From positions 1 through 64,000 of the forward strand of contig MU271324.1 of assembly GCA_021432655.1 (NCBI GenBank): a stretch of DNA of 64,000 nucleotides, read 5' to 3'. This document shows, one piece after another, positions 1 through 11,626 of the stretch. The position numbers were made by a program, and so were the translations under genes. Under the pieces are notes generated by a model that was not told where the DNA came from, did no database searches, and saw only the letters and a list, made by a program, of their open reading frames with translations. The first letter of the stretch is position 1; every line of letters starts with the position of its first letter. The DNA comes from Atractiella rhizophila. Lineage: Eukaryota.

Positions 1-791
1 GACCTTGATCCAATATATCGAGATGGCCTCGTTGCTGCTCATACCAGACTTGCGGAATATCACTACAGGAGTGATGATTCTCCATATTATATCTATTCAG
101 CCTGTATAGCATTCCTCCTTATTCTAGAAGTTGTCTGACAATCTGGTCAGTCCTGGACCCTCGGTTGGGACCTTCATTTTTCAAATCAAATGCCTTCCAA
201 CGATACGCAACGGAGATTGAGCAACATAAACAGAACTTGCTCAAGCTCTATCGAGATCATTATTACCGCCCTCCACCTTCTCGACCTCGATCAACTACAA
301 CTTCTGCCGAGAATGCGCACTATGCTGCAGTTTTTGCCAATCAAGAACCAGACAGAGATGGACTTTCTGGCGCAAGTTTTGAAATGGATGACACTTGGAT
401 GTTGAAGCCTAAATTTGCATGGAGCCACCGGCGCCTGGATCCTGAAGAAGATATATATGCATGGTACAAGGTTCAGTCTTCAAGCAACCTTCCTAACTGG
501 TCTCAGATGGCTCGAGATATCCTTTCCATTCCAGGTATGTCTTTCTTATTATCTCCAGTGTTCTAATTTTTTATGTTTTGCTGTGCAGGTTGTGCTGTTG
601 CAGTTGAAAGGATCTTTTCAGGTGCGAGAGATACAATTGGGATCCGCAGGCATAGCCTGAAGGCGGAAACTATACGGGTTTTGATGGTGCTGAAAGCACA
701 TTTGAAGTTGGAGAGAGATCAGGAAGCACGGGCATTGCGAGCCGCAATTGCACAATTGGAGGCCTCGGCCTCACTACCAGTGCAGAAGTGA
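1..791 (+). CDS. hAT transposase, 3' part (C-terminal dimerisation domain), spliced
   Basis: LDPR motif near 152-163, then 'WYKVQSSSNLPNWSQMARDILSIPG', a GTATGT..CAG intron (~535-588), and 'CAVAVERIFSGARDTIGIRRHSLKAETIRVLM'. This is the hAT dimerisation signature (W..P.L..MARD.L.IP..S..VER.FS). The 5' part lies outside the window. Confidence 0.9.
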
Positions 792-1024
792 TATAGTACA
801 GGAAGCCTGACGGGAACGACATAGTATTTGCAACGAGATTTTGTCTATTCCCCCTTATCTTGCACCGTGGTACGTCGTAATACGGCTCATTAAACCGTAC
901 CGATTGCCCAACCGACCGTCTTGAGTTGTTCAGTTCGGTAACGTTACGGTGCGGTTACGATTCCCTAACCGCACCGACCGTAAGGACCCCTTACGGCACC
1001 GGTTCGGTACAGTGGACAGCCCTA
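1..1024 (+). mobile_element. hAT DNA transposon, right end
   Basis: Many short ACCG/CGGT subterminal motifs at 860-1010, ending ...GTGGACAGCCCTA (reverse complement TAGGGCTGTCCAC, a hAT-type TAGGG terminus). The predicted 8-bp TSD would be AGCTCAAA (1025-1032). Confidence 0.75.
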
Positions 1025-1073
1025 AGCTCAAAATCTGTCGGCCGCGATGCTTAGGTTCAGAGCACTCCGTCTA

Positions 1074-4000
1074 ACGACCCCACAGGGACAACGGTGAAAC
1101 ATGCTGAGTGGTGAACTTAATTTTCGACACTTGGTATTTCGACGACTATGGAGGCTCTTTGCTTGATTCTTTAGTATTATGTGGAACTAAGTGAGTACGT
1201 TCTATATCCCGAAAATGAGCTGGATTGCTACTAATTTGACTGACTTTCACATATTGAATATGTCGAACTTGTCCTATTCTCCTCTTCTCTCATGCTTAAT
1301 GCTTTCCTGAATGTTCGAAATTTCGTGACAGAGTATCTAACAAGTGGCGACAAACTAGACCTACGATATACAACCTGTAATCAGACCTTTTAGAGCTTGG
1401 AACGTGAATAAAGTGATGTAAATATCATAGCCATTCTCATTTTGCTGCTTGTCATGTAGTAAACTCTCTATACATAATTTGCAATCTACTTTGTTTATCC
1501 AAAGCTATAAACATGTGATGTGTCGATAAATGAGAAACAACCCCAGTTATCATGAAGGGGAGAACACCTTCGGTTGCCTAAGCACTCTGCCACTCCGTCT
1601 CTTAAGAGGGCTTTCTGCTTCTTCCATGCCCATCTCTCATCTTTAGCATTGTCCAGCAGTCCATCCAAACCATCCTCTGAGCTCTGGTGGTCCTCTTCGA
1701 AGCCAGGATGCACATACTCATCCGACATCACAACGTCCTGCTCCTCTTGCACTTCTTCCTTCTCTTTTCCTCCCGATCCTTTAGCTCCCCTCATAAGGTA
1801 TGAACTCACAGTTGGGTTTATTTCAATCCTAACTCTTGCTCCAATGCCTCTCCCACCTCCAATTCAATCTCCACCTCCCTTTCTGTGTCCACCTGTGTAC
1901 CCATCTTGATCCGGACATTCTTCCTCCTACTTCGCTTGCTTCCACCCCTACCACTTCCAGACCGAGCAGCACCTGTAGCGCCAGCTCTTCCCTGAGACAC
2001 GGTACCACCTTCTCCGCTGGCAATATAATCGCGCAGCCTCTCCTCCACTTCCCCTCAATATGCGGCCTCATCTTCTCCCGCTTCTCCAACCTCTCTTGCT
2101 CCTTCCTATCCCTTTTTGCTTGATGCTCTTCTTCTGACCTCACTTCAGCTTCCTCCATCGCATCCAGTTGAGCTGCTTTAATCGCTCCAACACCTTTCTT
2201 TACAACCTTCCGGGTCCGGGTCGCCTTTGACTCAATGTACGAGTTCTTCCATCGTTGGATTTCCTTATTCTGTTGTATGACAAGTGCCTGAAGGCGTTGA
2301 TTAGATGCCTGTAGACCCTCGACGATCTTGAGTGCTCGTCCTTCGGTGGTTTGGAGATCAGCGGTGGAAGGTCGGTTGTTAAGAAGGAGAAGGTCTGCAG
2401 TTCGTCTTGAGGTATTCGGGGTGAGCTTACGGAAGGGATCAGTGAAGGCAGAAGAGAGTGTCATTGAGGGGGATGATCCAGGGTTGGCTGCTTCCTGTGC
2501 AAGTCGACGAAGAGGTTCCAGACCATGATTCGCACTGATGTCGACAGGCCAAATTCCGGAGACTTCGAATGCTTTCTTGATCCGATCTGGCGTGTAAGTA
2601 TTCTTCCTGGCTTCCCTAAAATAATATGAAAATCGATTCTTCTTTATGTCCCTCCTCTCCCTTAGCTCGTTATCCAATGTCCGAGAATAAGACAGCTGCA
2701 GAAAGCTGAAAATCGCAACGTCTAGTGGGGAGGTGAGATGGCTAGTATGAGGGATGAGGACGAAGGGAAGGATATAATGAGCGAGTGCGAATCGGAGGAA
2801 GGAGAAGGTGAGGTGAGAGCCATGGCCATCCATCAAGAGAAGCTGCCATTTACGATCAGGGCGGCGATTCTCCTCCTCAAAGAAGGCTAGCCACTCACAG
2901 CCTAGTTCGTCGTCAGTCCAACCGCTCTCTGAATTAGCATAATGTGCCGTCTTGATTCTTCCCTCCATCCAGCTCTTCATGAAGTTCTTTCCAGCGAAAA
3001 TAATAATGGGATTAGCCGCTTTACCACTAGCATTGATACATTCGATGACTGTCACCCACCCGCGATTCCCATCTACAGCATTCTCCCCTTAGCCATCAAA
3101 CAAACAGAAGCAGAAAACTCACCCATTACAAATTGAGGATTCTTTACTTGATCCTTCCTTCTCATCACCACATGCTCCTTCTGAGAGACTCCAAGCATAA
3201 ACCCCTTCTCATCAACACAATTCACTTGATCAGCATCCACAATCCCATATTCATCGCAAGCCTTTCCCAGCTCCTCCCACCACTTCTCTAACTCTTGATA
3301 CGAGATGTTGATACGTTCCTTCCCAATCCGTCGGGCTACTCGATTGGCGAATTCCGGATGGCGTTTCATGAACCCCTCGTACCAGCCACGACTGGTGAGA
3401 CCATCCGCTGATTTTTCTGGGTGGGTCTGTATGTAAAGCTCTTTCGCAAAGTTGATGATGTACTGCTTCGTGACAGGATAAAAGATCCGTTCGCAGAAGT
3501 TGCATATTTCGACAATGGCGTCCTCTTGAGCTGGTGTCAGCTTTTGCCGCAACTGCATGTCTTCGTCCTTCGTTCGATGGCCCTGCAGTCGATTCACAAG
3601 GCTTTGGCGAGGAACGCTAAATGTTCTCCCTATGGCAGTAACATCGATTGGAAACTGCTTTCTCTTCTTCTTGGCCTGTCTCTTGATGTAGGCAGGGGTA
3701 TCTTGAATGAGCTGTCGAGCATAGGTTTCGGATTTGTTGAGAGCTTCAGTCTTCACTTTTCGAGATTTGGGAGGTTGTTGTTTTGGTCTGGTCATAACCT
3801 AAGAGCTTGTTTTATGATACTGAGGGGCTCCTGAGGGTTGAAGGAACGCTGGATGAGCTATTGTGATGGAGGAGAGAGCAGTGACGCAATGCGCGTGAGC
3901 GTGTTACAGTCAGGTGAATCAAGGTTCACCATTGACCCTGCAGGCCAGGAATGGGGAACCACTACTTTCCGTATTGATTGCTCTCATAATCGTTACCCGA

Positions 4001-4147
4001 TAAGCTATTCCACTTGACGATAACATCTAAGCAATGGAGCTGAACATATGTTGTCACGGTTCCTTAAATTTCTCAAATCTATGAATGGCTTCGCACTTTT
4101 TGTAGCAAAAAACCCCAAAGTCATCACCGTTGTCCCTGGGGGGTCGT
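1074..4147 (-). mobile_element. Complete Tc1/mariner-pogo (Fot1-like) DNA transposon, 3074 bp
   Basis: 24-bp TIRs at 1074-1097 (ACGACCCCACAGGGACAACGGTGA) and 4124-4147 (one mismatch), TA at 1072-1073 and 4148-4149, and an internal DDE transposase. Confidence 0.95.
1829..3795 (-). CDS. pogo/Fot1-type DDE transposase (HTH + CENP-B HTH + DDE_1)
   Basis: Exon 3795-3123, GTGAGT..TAG intron 3122-3073, exon from 3072 (..QFVMDGNRGWVTVIEC). Motifs GWYEGFMKRHPE, NCVDEKGF, SESGWTDD, LLLMDGHGSH, PHTSHLTSPLDVAIF. The C-terminal tail appears frameshifted near 2050. Confidence 0.92.
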
Positions 4148-4274
4148 TACTGTGTTAGTTTGCTTCTGCTTCTAAACAACAAGCTGAGCGGCCCCTCGTC
4201 CCTCGGGGGGACCACATTGAGTTTCTGCTGTTTTTCAATAAAAAGTGGTTGACTATGCTGTTAGGACCCTGTGA

Positions 4275-4478
4275 ACAGTCCAGGCCAGTTTTTTTGACCA
4301 CTGGTTTTTAGTGCCGGTAATTTACCTGGGCAAGGCTGGTAAAAATGAACCAATACTGGGCGAGAAATCGGGAACGTCGAGCCTGGTTATTTACTGGTGA
4401 GTAAACAGGTTTTTTAGCTGTTTTTTACTGGGGAAAGCCAGTATTCAATGATTCACATTTCTGCAGGCAAAACCACTG
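4275..4478. mobile_element. Possible terminus of a second hAT-like element or MITE
   Basis: Dense ACTGG/CCAGT motifs ending ...CAAAACCACTG (reverse complement CAGTGGTTTTG, a hAT-like CAGTG terminus). No partner end seen. Confidence 0.3.
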
Positions 4479-4689
4479 CGACAACACCCCGAGTTCAATC
4501 AGGATCAAGTAGTACACGCACCTCAGTGAGTAGTTGTTCCTTGGAGCAGAAATGCCAGGCTGAACTAACTGCTGCATGCTGATTTCGAGAGCCAGGTGGA
4601 CGAGCTGATACGAATCGCTAGCCGTTCCCAATGTTTGTCACGATTTCTCTACTTATCAGGGCTTAAAACATGCTGAATAGAGAATTTTA

Positions 4690-5560
4690 CAGGTCTAAGA
4701 AGCGCTTTCCGCCCTTCTCGCTCTCGAAAACAAACCAGTTCGGCATCTGACCAGCCTTCGACGACACGAATGCTTTTGGTGATCGTGAAGTTGTTGAGTG
4801 AAAGGAGAGACTGGAATGAACTGAAGGAGCAAGTTCAGGCGTTGAGTAAGAAGCATGGACAACTTAGGGAGAGCACGAAGAAGATGGTTGGAGCGGTGAT
4901 GGAGGTTTGGGAGGCGGGAAAGGCAGAGGAGGATGAGACAGAGGGACTGACGGTCTGTCTGAGGGATGGTTACGGAAGGAAAGGTTCGCTTTTCCCTATT
5001 CTTCTTATACTTACATTACGCACTGAGGAGCTGATTTCGGATTGATATGATAACAGATCTTCCTAGGGGAGGGGTGGCAGAAGCATAACGGATCATCCAA
5101 GAAATCGCAATTGAGACTTTCGGCGCCGTTGGCAGGAGAGAGAAGACAGCCTTCATCTTGGGGCAGATTAGATTCTTGAAGCTCCGTTGCTAACAGGCTT
5201 CTTCGAAACCGTGACACCCCAAGGCATCTCCATCGACTTCCAATGAGCCATCGCGTAGCCATGACCAGGAGAAGCAACGAGTACTTAGGAGAACTATACA
5301 AGTTGATTGGAGAAGAAGGATTGACACTGGTTGCCTGCATGATAAATATGATCCACTATCCAGGTGTGTCCTCTCTTGCTCAAGTTTAACCGGCCAGTTC
5401 CATCCTAAACTATGTGGGGGGCAGCGCTGAACTTTCTCATTTCACAAATCTCTTCCAACATCTCGATACCTTAACACGGCACCAATCCATCATCCACCCG
5501 GCTCCCCGTTCGCTTCCTCTTCCACCTCTTTCTCCACAAAGAGCTTCGTTCGAATAGTTC
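4690..5560 (+). pseudogene. RPN5: 26S proteasome lid subunit RPN5/PSMD12 fragment
   Basis: 'LEKQT..ASDQPSTTRMLLVIVKLL..DWNELKEQVQALSKKHGQLRE..KMV' and 'IIQEIAIETFGAVGRREKTAFILGQIR' resemble the Rpn5 N-terminus. Frameshifts, stops and deletions are present; an intron is retained (~4984-5056). Confidence 0.8.
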
Positions 5561-5820
5561 ACCCCTACCGACAAGATTGTCCGTGCACTGGCCATGTTGT
5601 TCTCCACCTCAACTTTGTCGTTCTTGAATCTCGATTCAACTTTGATAGACTCTGAAGCTTAGCCGCTAGGTCAGATGGAAACAGCACAGGGAGCAGGATG
5701 ATTGTTGGAGTATTGTGATAAGTCAGTATCCCCTCTTTCTAAGCCTTATCTCACAATGAGCATGACCTCTTCGAATTCTAGCCGGATAACCTCACGCAGC
5801 GGCGGACTGGGGTAAGTAGC

Positions 5821-7445
5821 TCAGTCATCATCCGACTCCAAGTTTGCGAGCAGGGTCATATGCTTCCAAGGAATCCCATATCTCTGCTGCCCAACAGCCT
5901 GCCGTGTGTTCTCCCAATCTTCCTCAAACTGTCCGCTCTCTTCCTCTTCTATATCTTCTTCTTCCTCGGACTCGGAGTTTGCTTCTAACAGCTGCTCATC
6001 AATAGGAAAGATAGAAACAAGACCTTTCATTGTCCCAATGTCAATGAAGCGATTCCTCCGAGGTGTCTCGTCAGAAAAGCAGCAGGAAAGATCGCCTCGC
6101 TCAACTTCTCCTCTCAGATCATCTACAACTGTAACGAATGCGAGCTGGAAGCAGTGGTCCTGAAACCGACAAGTGAGGTAGAATTGCACAACGCCAAAGT
6201 ATCCTTGCAGTTCACTGGTTTCCCTGTCCCGATTAACGAACTGCATGGTATTAGACGAGTCGTGCAAAGGTAACAACTACTCACTGAGATACAAGTTGCA
6301 CTTCTCGTAAGCTCCTTTCGCTTCCAACCGGACTCAACCCACATTGTGCGAATGGTTTGCTTGTTTCCCGCCAACTTGAGATTTCCCCATCGAACGACCT
6401 CTCTCAGTTTGCCAAATGATACTTCGGTCTCCTCAGAAGATGACTGGGTCATGTCCACTGACATGTTTGAGCGAGTGCTGTCTTCGGAATCACTACTTGA
6501 GACGTCTGAGTTGAGATCCTCGTCGATGAGACCGGCAAAATCTTACTGTTGTACTGCCAATAAATGAATCGCACCAGATCATCTCGAACTGACTTGTCCA
6601 AAGACGGGTTCAGTTCTCTCTTGACAGTCAAAAAACGAGAGTTGTCGAAGTTACTCTTCTCAAAGGCAATGCTCGACGCAACGGCCCTCTTCGGGATTGG
6701 ACAGAGCCAGTTGGCGATATTTACGCGTTCATGATGAAGCATAAGACGCGCTAAATTGGCCGTATACTGAGTGACATTCTGAAGAGATTGAACCATTTGG
6801 CCAATCAAGCGTTCCATCGGATACTGCCAGTAGACCCAGACAGGACCCATTTGCAAAATACAATCGTAGACGATGAAGAGCCATGCGGCACATCTTGATG
6901 CGCTTGATCTTCCGCTGATAATACAGCTGCATAAACTCGTCGTGAAACTCTTCAAAAAGGCGCTTCATTTCGAGCAGCTCCTCATGGGTAATTTGTCTCT
7001 GGCAAGCGATTGTCACAGCTTTGACGAATTTCAGCCAGTGATCCAGATATATCGGGGGTAAAAAGTGTGGCAAAAATTGACGAGATCAGATAAAGCACCA
7101 TTGTGCCCAATCCTTGTTCTTGTAGGAGGTCCAAGAAGTGTGGATATTGCGAGGTTGTTCCCCAAATGCTGCTGGCCAAAAGTGAGAGGCATTCTCCATT
7201 AATATACCTATCCAGGAACTGTCAGATGTATACCTTGTAACAACAGATGGAACACATACCAATCTTCTCCCAGCTTTCTTAGGGGATAACAAAGTCTTCC
7301 GTGCCATTCAAACCCATCTGCTCATCACCATGCCAGATCTTGAACATAAAAAGTGTAACGAGTTGAAAAAACAGGTGCATGGCATCGATTGGAAAGAAAT
7401 AGGGCCAAATAAAAGTATCGAAACTGGTGAAAGGAGTCTTTCGTA
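5821..7445 (-). pseudogene. CACTA/EnSpm-type (Transposase_21/DUF4218-like) transposase relic
   Basis: Broken frames give 'FPIDAMHLFF', 'PAAFGEQPRNI..SYKNKDWAQW', 'YLDHWLKFVKA..FEEFHDEFMQLYY..ALH', 'DCILQMGPVWVYWQYPMERLIG'. The 5' end is cut off by the pogo end at 7446. Confidence 0.8.
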
Positions 7446-7595
7446 CGATAAGCTATTCCACTTGACGATAACATCTAAGCAATGGAGCTGAACATATGTT
7501 GTCACGGTTTCTTAAATTTCTCAAATCTATGAATGGCATCACACTTTTTGTAGCAAAAAAACCCAAAGTCGTCACCATTGTCCCTGTGGGGTCGT
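7446..7595 (-). mobile_element. Solo terminal 150 bp of the same pogo family
   Basis: Near-identical direct copy of 3998-4147, including the TIR (7572-7595), followed by TA (7596-7597). Confidence 0.93.
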
Positions 7596-8000
7596 TAGAG
7601 TGAGGAGAGTAAGTTTGAGGTATTGAGTCTCTTTGTAATAAAAAGGTTGGTTAGGAGGAGGTAGTCTGGAGTCCAGCAATTGTAAAATTTGGTCGTTTGT
7701 GTTTTGGGACGTTGGACCTCAGTCACACAATTTCATTCGCATTCTGGGAGGTTTGTGTGTTTTGTTGGTTGAAACTTGATATGAGGTCTTGTCTGAGTTT
7801 TTTGAACTGCTTTTCGGTTGTGAGGTGTAGAGTTTGGAACATCTTTTCTAAGTGATGGATACGTTCTTTGCTCATCAGTGATTCACGCGTTTCCATATCT
7901 CCGCAAACCTCCGACATTTTCTAAGTTTGATTTTGAAAAGGAGGAAGAGTATTCTTCTGTTAGGGCAGATACTATGTGCGGTCGCCAAAGGGCCATGCAT

Positions 8001-8071
8001 CTGTAGTGGAGATAAACCTAAGAGCATGATATGACATGAAGACTAACCTGTAGTGGAGATAAGCCTAAGAG
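8001..8071. repeat. 24-bp direct repeat pair CTGTAGTGGAGATAA(A/G)CCTAAGAG
   Basis: Copies at 8001-8024 and 8048-8071. Confidence 0.8.
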
Positions 8072-8265
8072 AATACTCTAAGGTCACCTCCACTACTCTC
8101 TGATCTATATATACAAGCGGAATAACACTGCCACAGAGCGTAGAGGAGAGCAGATGAAACATGTAAGAGAAGTAAAAGGGGGGAGCAACAGTGGGATTAC
8201 ATGGGGTTAATATGAGGAGAATAGACACAATTGGGCTAAGTGGTGATGTAGGTGCAAATGAGCGA

Positions 8266-8335
8266 ACGGGAGACGCAGTGGCGACGGGAGACGCAGTGGC
8301 GACGGGAGACGCAGTGGCGACGGGAGACGCAGTGG
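8266..8335. repeat. 18-bp tandem array (ACGGGAGACGCAGTGGCG) x ~4
   Basis: Seen directly; degenerate related motifs continue to ~8410. Confidence 0.95.
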
Positions 8336-8840
8336 TGAACAGGCGCCGATTCGCAGGGAATGCAAATGGGCGATAGGAGACGCAATCCGGCGAACGGGCG
8401 CCGATTTGCGTAAGATGCAAACCTGACAGATTCTCTGTTGCCTCACATTTTGTCACCCTTGAAGCCACACGTGCCTGCACACAATTTAACAGATAATGTA
8501 GTTTCCAAAGAAGTGTTATGAGTACTCAATCACCGATTATCTCTCAGCATGTTCCTAACAGTATAGTCAACCATTCTGGGGGAGGTGACATTGCCGTATG
8601 GTTTGATTGGACAGGATACGCCCAACCAGAAACTCTTCAATAGCGTTACCAAAGAATAAGGGTCGCACTTGGCAGGTGCTGTGATCTTCAATGATGACAA
8701 CGTTATATCCACCGAACAAATTATGCTCCGAACGTTGTTCTTATCAACACAACAATATTTGTTGCAGTGCATTTATAAAGCAGTTACAGATAAATATACA
8801 CAAAAGAGATGAGGCAGGTCAATATGGAGAACAACATGTG

Positions 8841-10465
8841 CTACCGCTTCAGTTCCGCACGGCGAGCTTTCAATTCCTTCGCAAATTTCTTCATTCTCCC
8901 AATCTTTACTTTACCGGAAAGCATATATTTGAATAGTGCTATAAGTGCCCTTAGGCCGTCCCTTCTTCCCTCTGGCAGCGCAAGGTCAAACTCCTCACTC
9001 TGAAGAAAGTAGACTAGTGAGTCTGTCGGGAGGACAGGGTTCTTCATCGCTTCGACGATGTGCTCTGAAGGGAAGAAAGCGGCGGAGATGTGCATCCTAG
9101 TGTGGTTCATGCCGATAACAAAAGCCTAGACAGCAACAGCACTCAGCAACCTCGTAAAGAACACTAGCTATGCGTACCTCGCAATCTCCAACGCCGTAAA
9201 ATGTGCTGTTAGCCATGATGTGTACTATCATCATGCCAAGCTCTTGAGCATACGAAGAAGGACTAGGAATGTTGACCCCTCTCAGATGTATGGACTCTGT
9301 CGGCCGTGGAGGTGGTGGGGAGGCAGAGAAAATAGAGCCGACATCTGAGCCGACATCAGAGCAGATAGAGCTGACATCCGAATCATCGTATAGGCTCCAA
9401 CCCGAGCCATCTCCCTCACGCGGCCCCGGAACAAATGCTTTACGGTGCTGAGGTAAGACGCATTAGTTGGAAAAATAAAACGGTTTTGAAGGAAAGGTAA
9501 CCTGGAAGTAAAACCCAACGACTGGAATACGGTCTTCCTTGTCCAAGTCCAAGAAATGCATTTCGGACTCCGTCACGTCTTTAAAAACCAATGAAGATAA
9601 GGTGGAAAGTTTCCAATTTGTTTCACCACCCAAGGTCACGCTATTTTCTACTCTCGGTTGCGTGCTAGCAACAATCAATAATAGTCTTTCTGGATGGAGC
9701 GCTTACTCGAGACGAAACTTGAATCTCTTGTTTTCTAAATTCAAAACAGAGTTTTGCAAGAGCGGTGAAAGAATTCTTTCAACGAGACAGCAGGCATGCC
9801 CGACATCAACCATGGAGTCAGTTGCTAGAATACGTCTCAGTGATTGCAACGGTTTCGACATCAAGTTTCTGCGAGGGATATCCTCAGCACAACCATACTC
9901 CAGCTCCTCCACGGAGAATCGTTCGAAGTCCAGAATGAGGCGTTGCTCAAGCTCTAAAGTTCTGTCAGCCATGCCGCATTGTCAACCGTATCCTACCTGA
10001 GACATCCTCGAAGTATTCCTCTGGGATGACACGCTGAATGGGCAATCCCGTCAATGGGACGACGCGGCAAGCAAGGACATGTTCATCGTTCCAATCTGAC
10101 AAATCTGCTTGGAACTTGTTCGCTCCTGGAGACGTGAGATTGTGTCCAGTAAGTGTTGGCAGCGTCGATGCGTCGCAGATGTATCTGCGATAGAACGGGT
10201 TCTCGAGCAGCTCATGTCGATGAATGGAACTAATAGGGAGTCGAGTTCGAGAGCTGAAGCGGCGTATTGACGAAAGTGGGTCTCTTGTGGCGTTGCGTCT
10301 TGTTCTCCCTTGCTTAGCATTATGCGCGGAAGCACGATGTCCAGATCCGCTCTGTTGAGGAAAATCCTCCAACGAAGATGCCGTCTGTCTTCGTAGTAGA
10401 TTTCTATTCCGTAAGTTCATGTTGTCTTTGTGTTGTTGGAGAAGGTTTGTTGCGTGTAACCCCAT
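8841..10465 (-). CDS. Uncharacterised spliced fungal gene, probably damaged
   Basis: Collinear minus-strand ORFs (9965-10465, 9703-9972, 9463-9678, 8841-9110), some linked by GT-AG introns, e.g. 'SYAQELGMMIVHIMANS..CE|AFVIGMNHTRMHISAAFFP'. There is a frame break near 9970 and a stop at 9703. Confidence 0.5.
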
Positions 10466-10625
10466 TCAAGCGAGACCTGTTACATCTCTCAAGTGAGACC
10501 AAGAAAGCAGAAAGTTCAAACCGTACCTAGAGCACCAGTTCGCTTTACAATAACAAGGGGCGGAGAGAGAGAAGATGGGGTGAGAGGTGAATAGCTTATA
10601 CCGAAATCCGTGACAGTTTGTTCGA

Positions 10626-10744
10626 TTGGTTCGAGTGACAAATACGTTCGAGTGACAAATTGGTTCGAGTGACAAATTGGTTCGAGTGACAAATTGGTTC
10701 GAGTGACAAATACGTTCGAGTGACAAATATGTTCCAGTGACAAA
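10626..10744. repeat. 17-bp tandem array (TTGGTTCGAGTGACAAA / TACGTTCGAGTGACAAA) x7
   Basis: Seven consecutive units counted. Confidence 0.97.
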
Positions 10745-11626
10745 ATAATATGAGCAAATATTCAACGACTGCGGGTTGAATCGTTCAAGTTCGAAATTCA
10801 TTGACCTATATAGAACGTCCCCTCCGCCGCGCACAGGGTACCGGGTGCCCTGTCTTCTATCTGACTGCTTCGTCTATTCCTTCTAGCCTCTGATTTTTTT
10901 AGCGTCACAGCTCTGCGTACTACATTCCAGGTGTTGCTCCTATTGCTTCAATCATGATATCTGGGATATCAATGCCCTTGCCCTCGTTTGCCCCTTCCAT
11001 TGTTTTGTCTCCTTCTACGTGCAGTCTCGATTTAACGCGGTCATTGGTTGTGTTTGCTTTGAGATGCTCTCAGGCCATGATTGGCGGCACGCAGCACTGT
11101 TGACCTGAAGCCATCTGTACTCGTCTGTACCATCGTTTCCTGTGTGTGTTATTTTGGCAAGCCTTGATGTTAAACGACGTCAATGGTCCCACTAATGCTC
11201 CTGTGATTGATCAGGTTGTTTTCTCAGCACTGTGTCATGATGAGTGGACCATCTGTCACATAACGTTCTTGTTTTCCCCCTTTCCCCTCTTAACGTCTAT
11301 ATTCATTGACATGATCTACTGTAGCAGGTTCCTCTTTTGTTGATCTCTCCTAGTTATCGGTGGAAAGCACCTAGTCCAGACCTCTTAATACATCGAGCGC
11401 GATTGAAACTGGACTGATATAGGTCGGAGTCAACGTGATCCCTTCCCGAATCAAATGCCTGTCCACCTTCTGAAATATCTGGAAGAGGAGTTTGATGATG
11501 GAGAAGAATAACGCAAAGAGAATGCAAGGTTGCCAATGATTATGTCCTGGGTACAGATTTGGCCCGAAAGTCGCCTTCACTTCTATCAACGTACAAGTAC
11601 AATAACTCCACCATTTTAACAACCGT

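Noticed and set aside
5600..5820. CACTA terminal inverted repeat for the EnSpm relic
   Set aside because: No convincing CACTA/CACTG terminus found, so element boundaries are left uncalled.
1..7600. RIP-like hypermutation of the TEs and duplications
   Set aside because: The pogo core and Copia ORF remain open, and the duplicate SNPs include many transversions; no directional C>T excess is evident by eye.
8043..8480. ORFs with (SPVATA)n / (TGDAVA)n repeats
   Set aside because: Translation by-products of the 18-bp DNA array; no other coding signal.
10626..10744. 17-bp array as CRISPR, telomeric or coding repeat
   Set aside because: No spacers, not a recognisable telomere motif, and the period is not a multiple of 3, so the overlapping repetitive ORFs are spurious.
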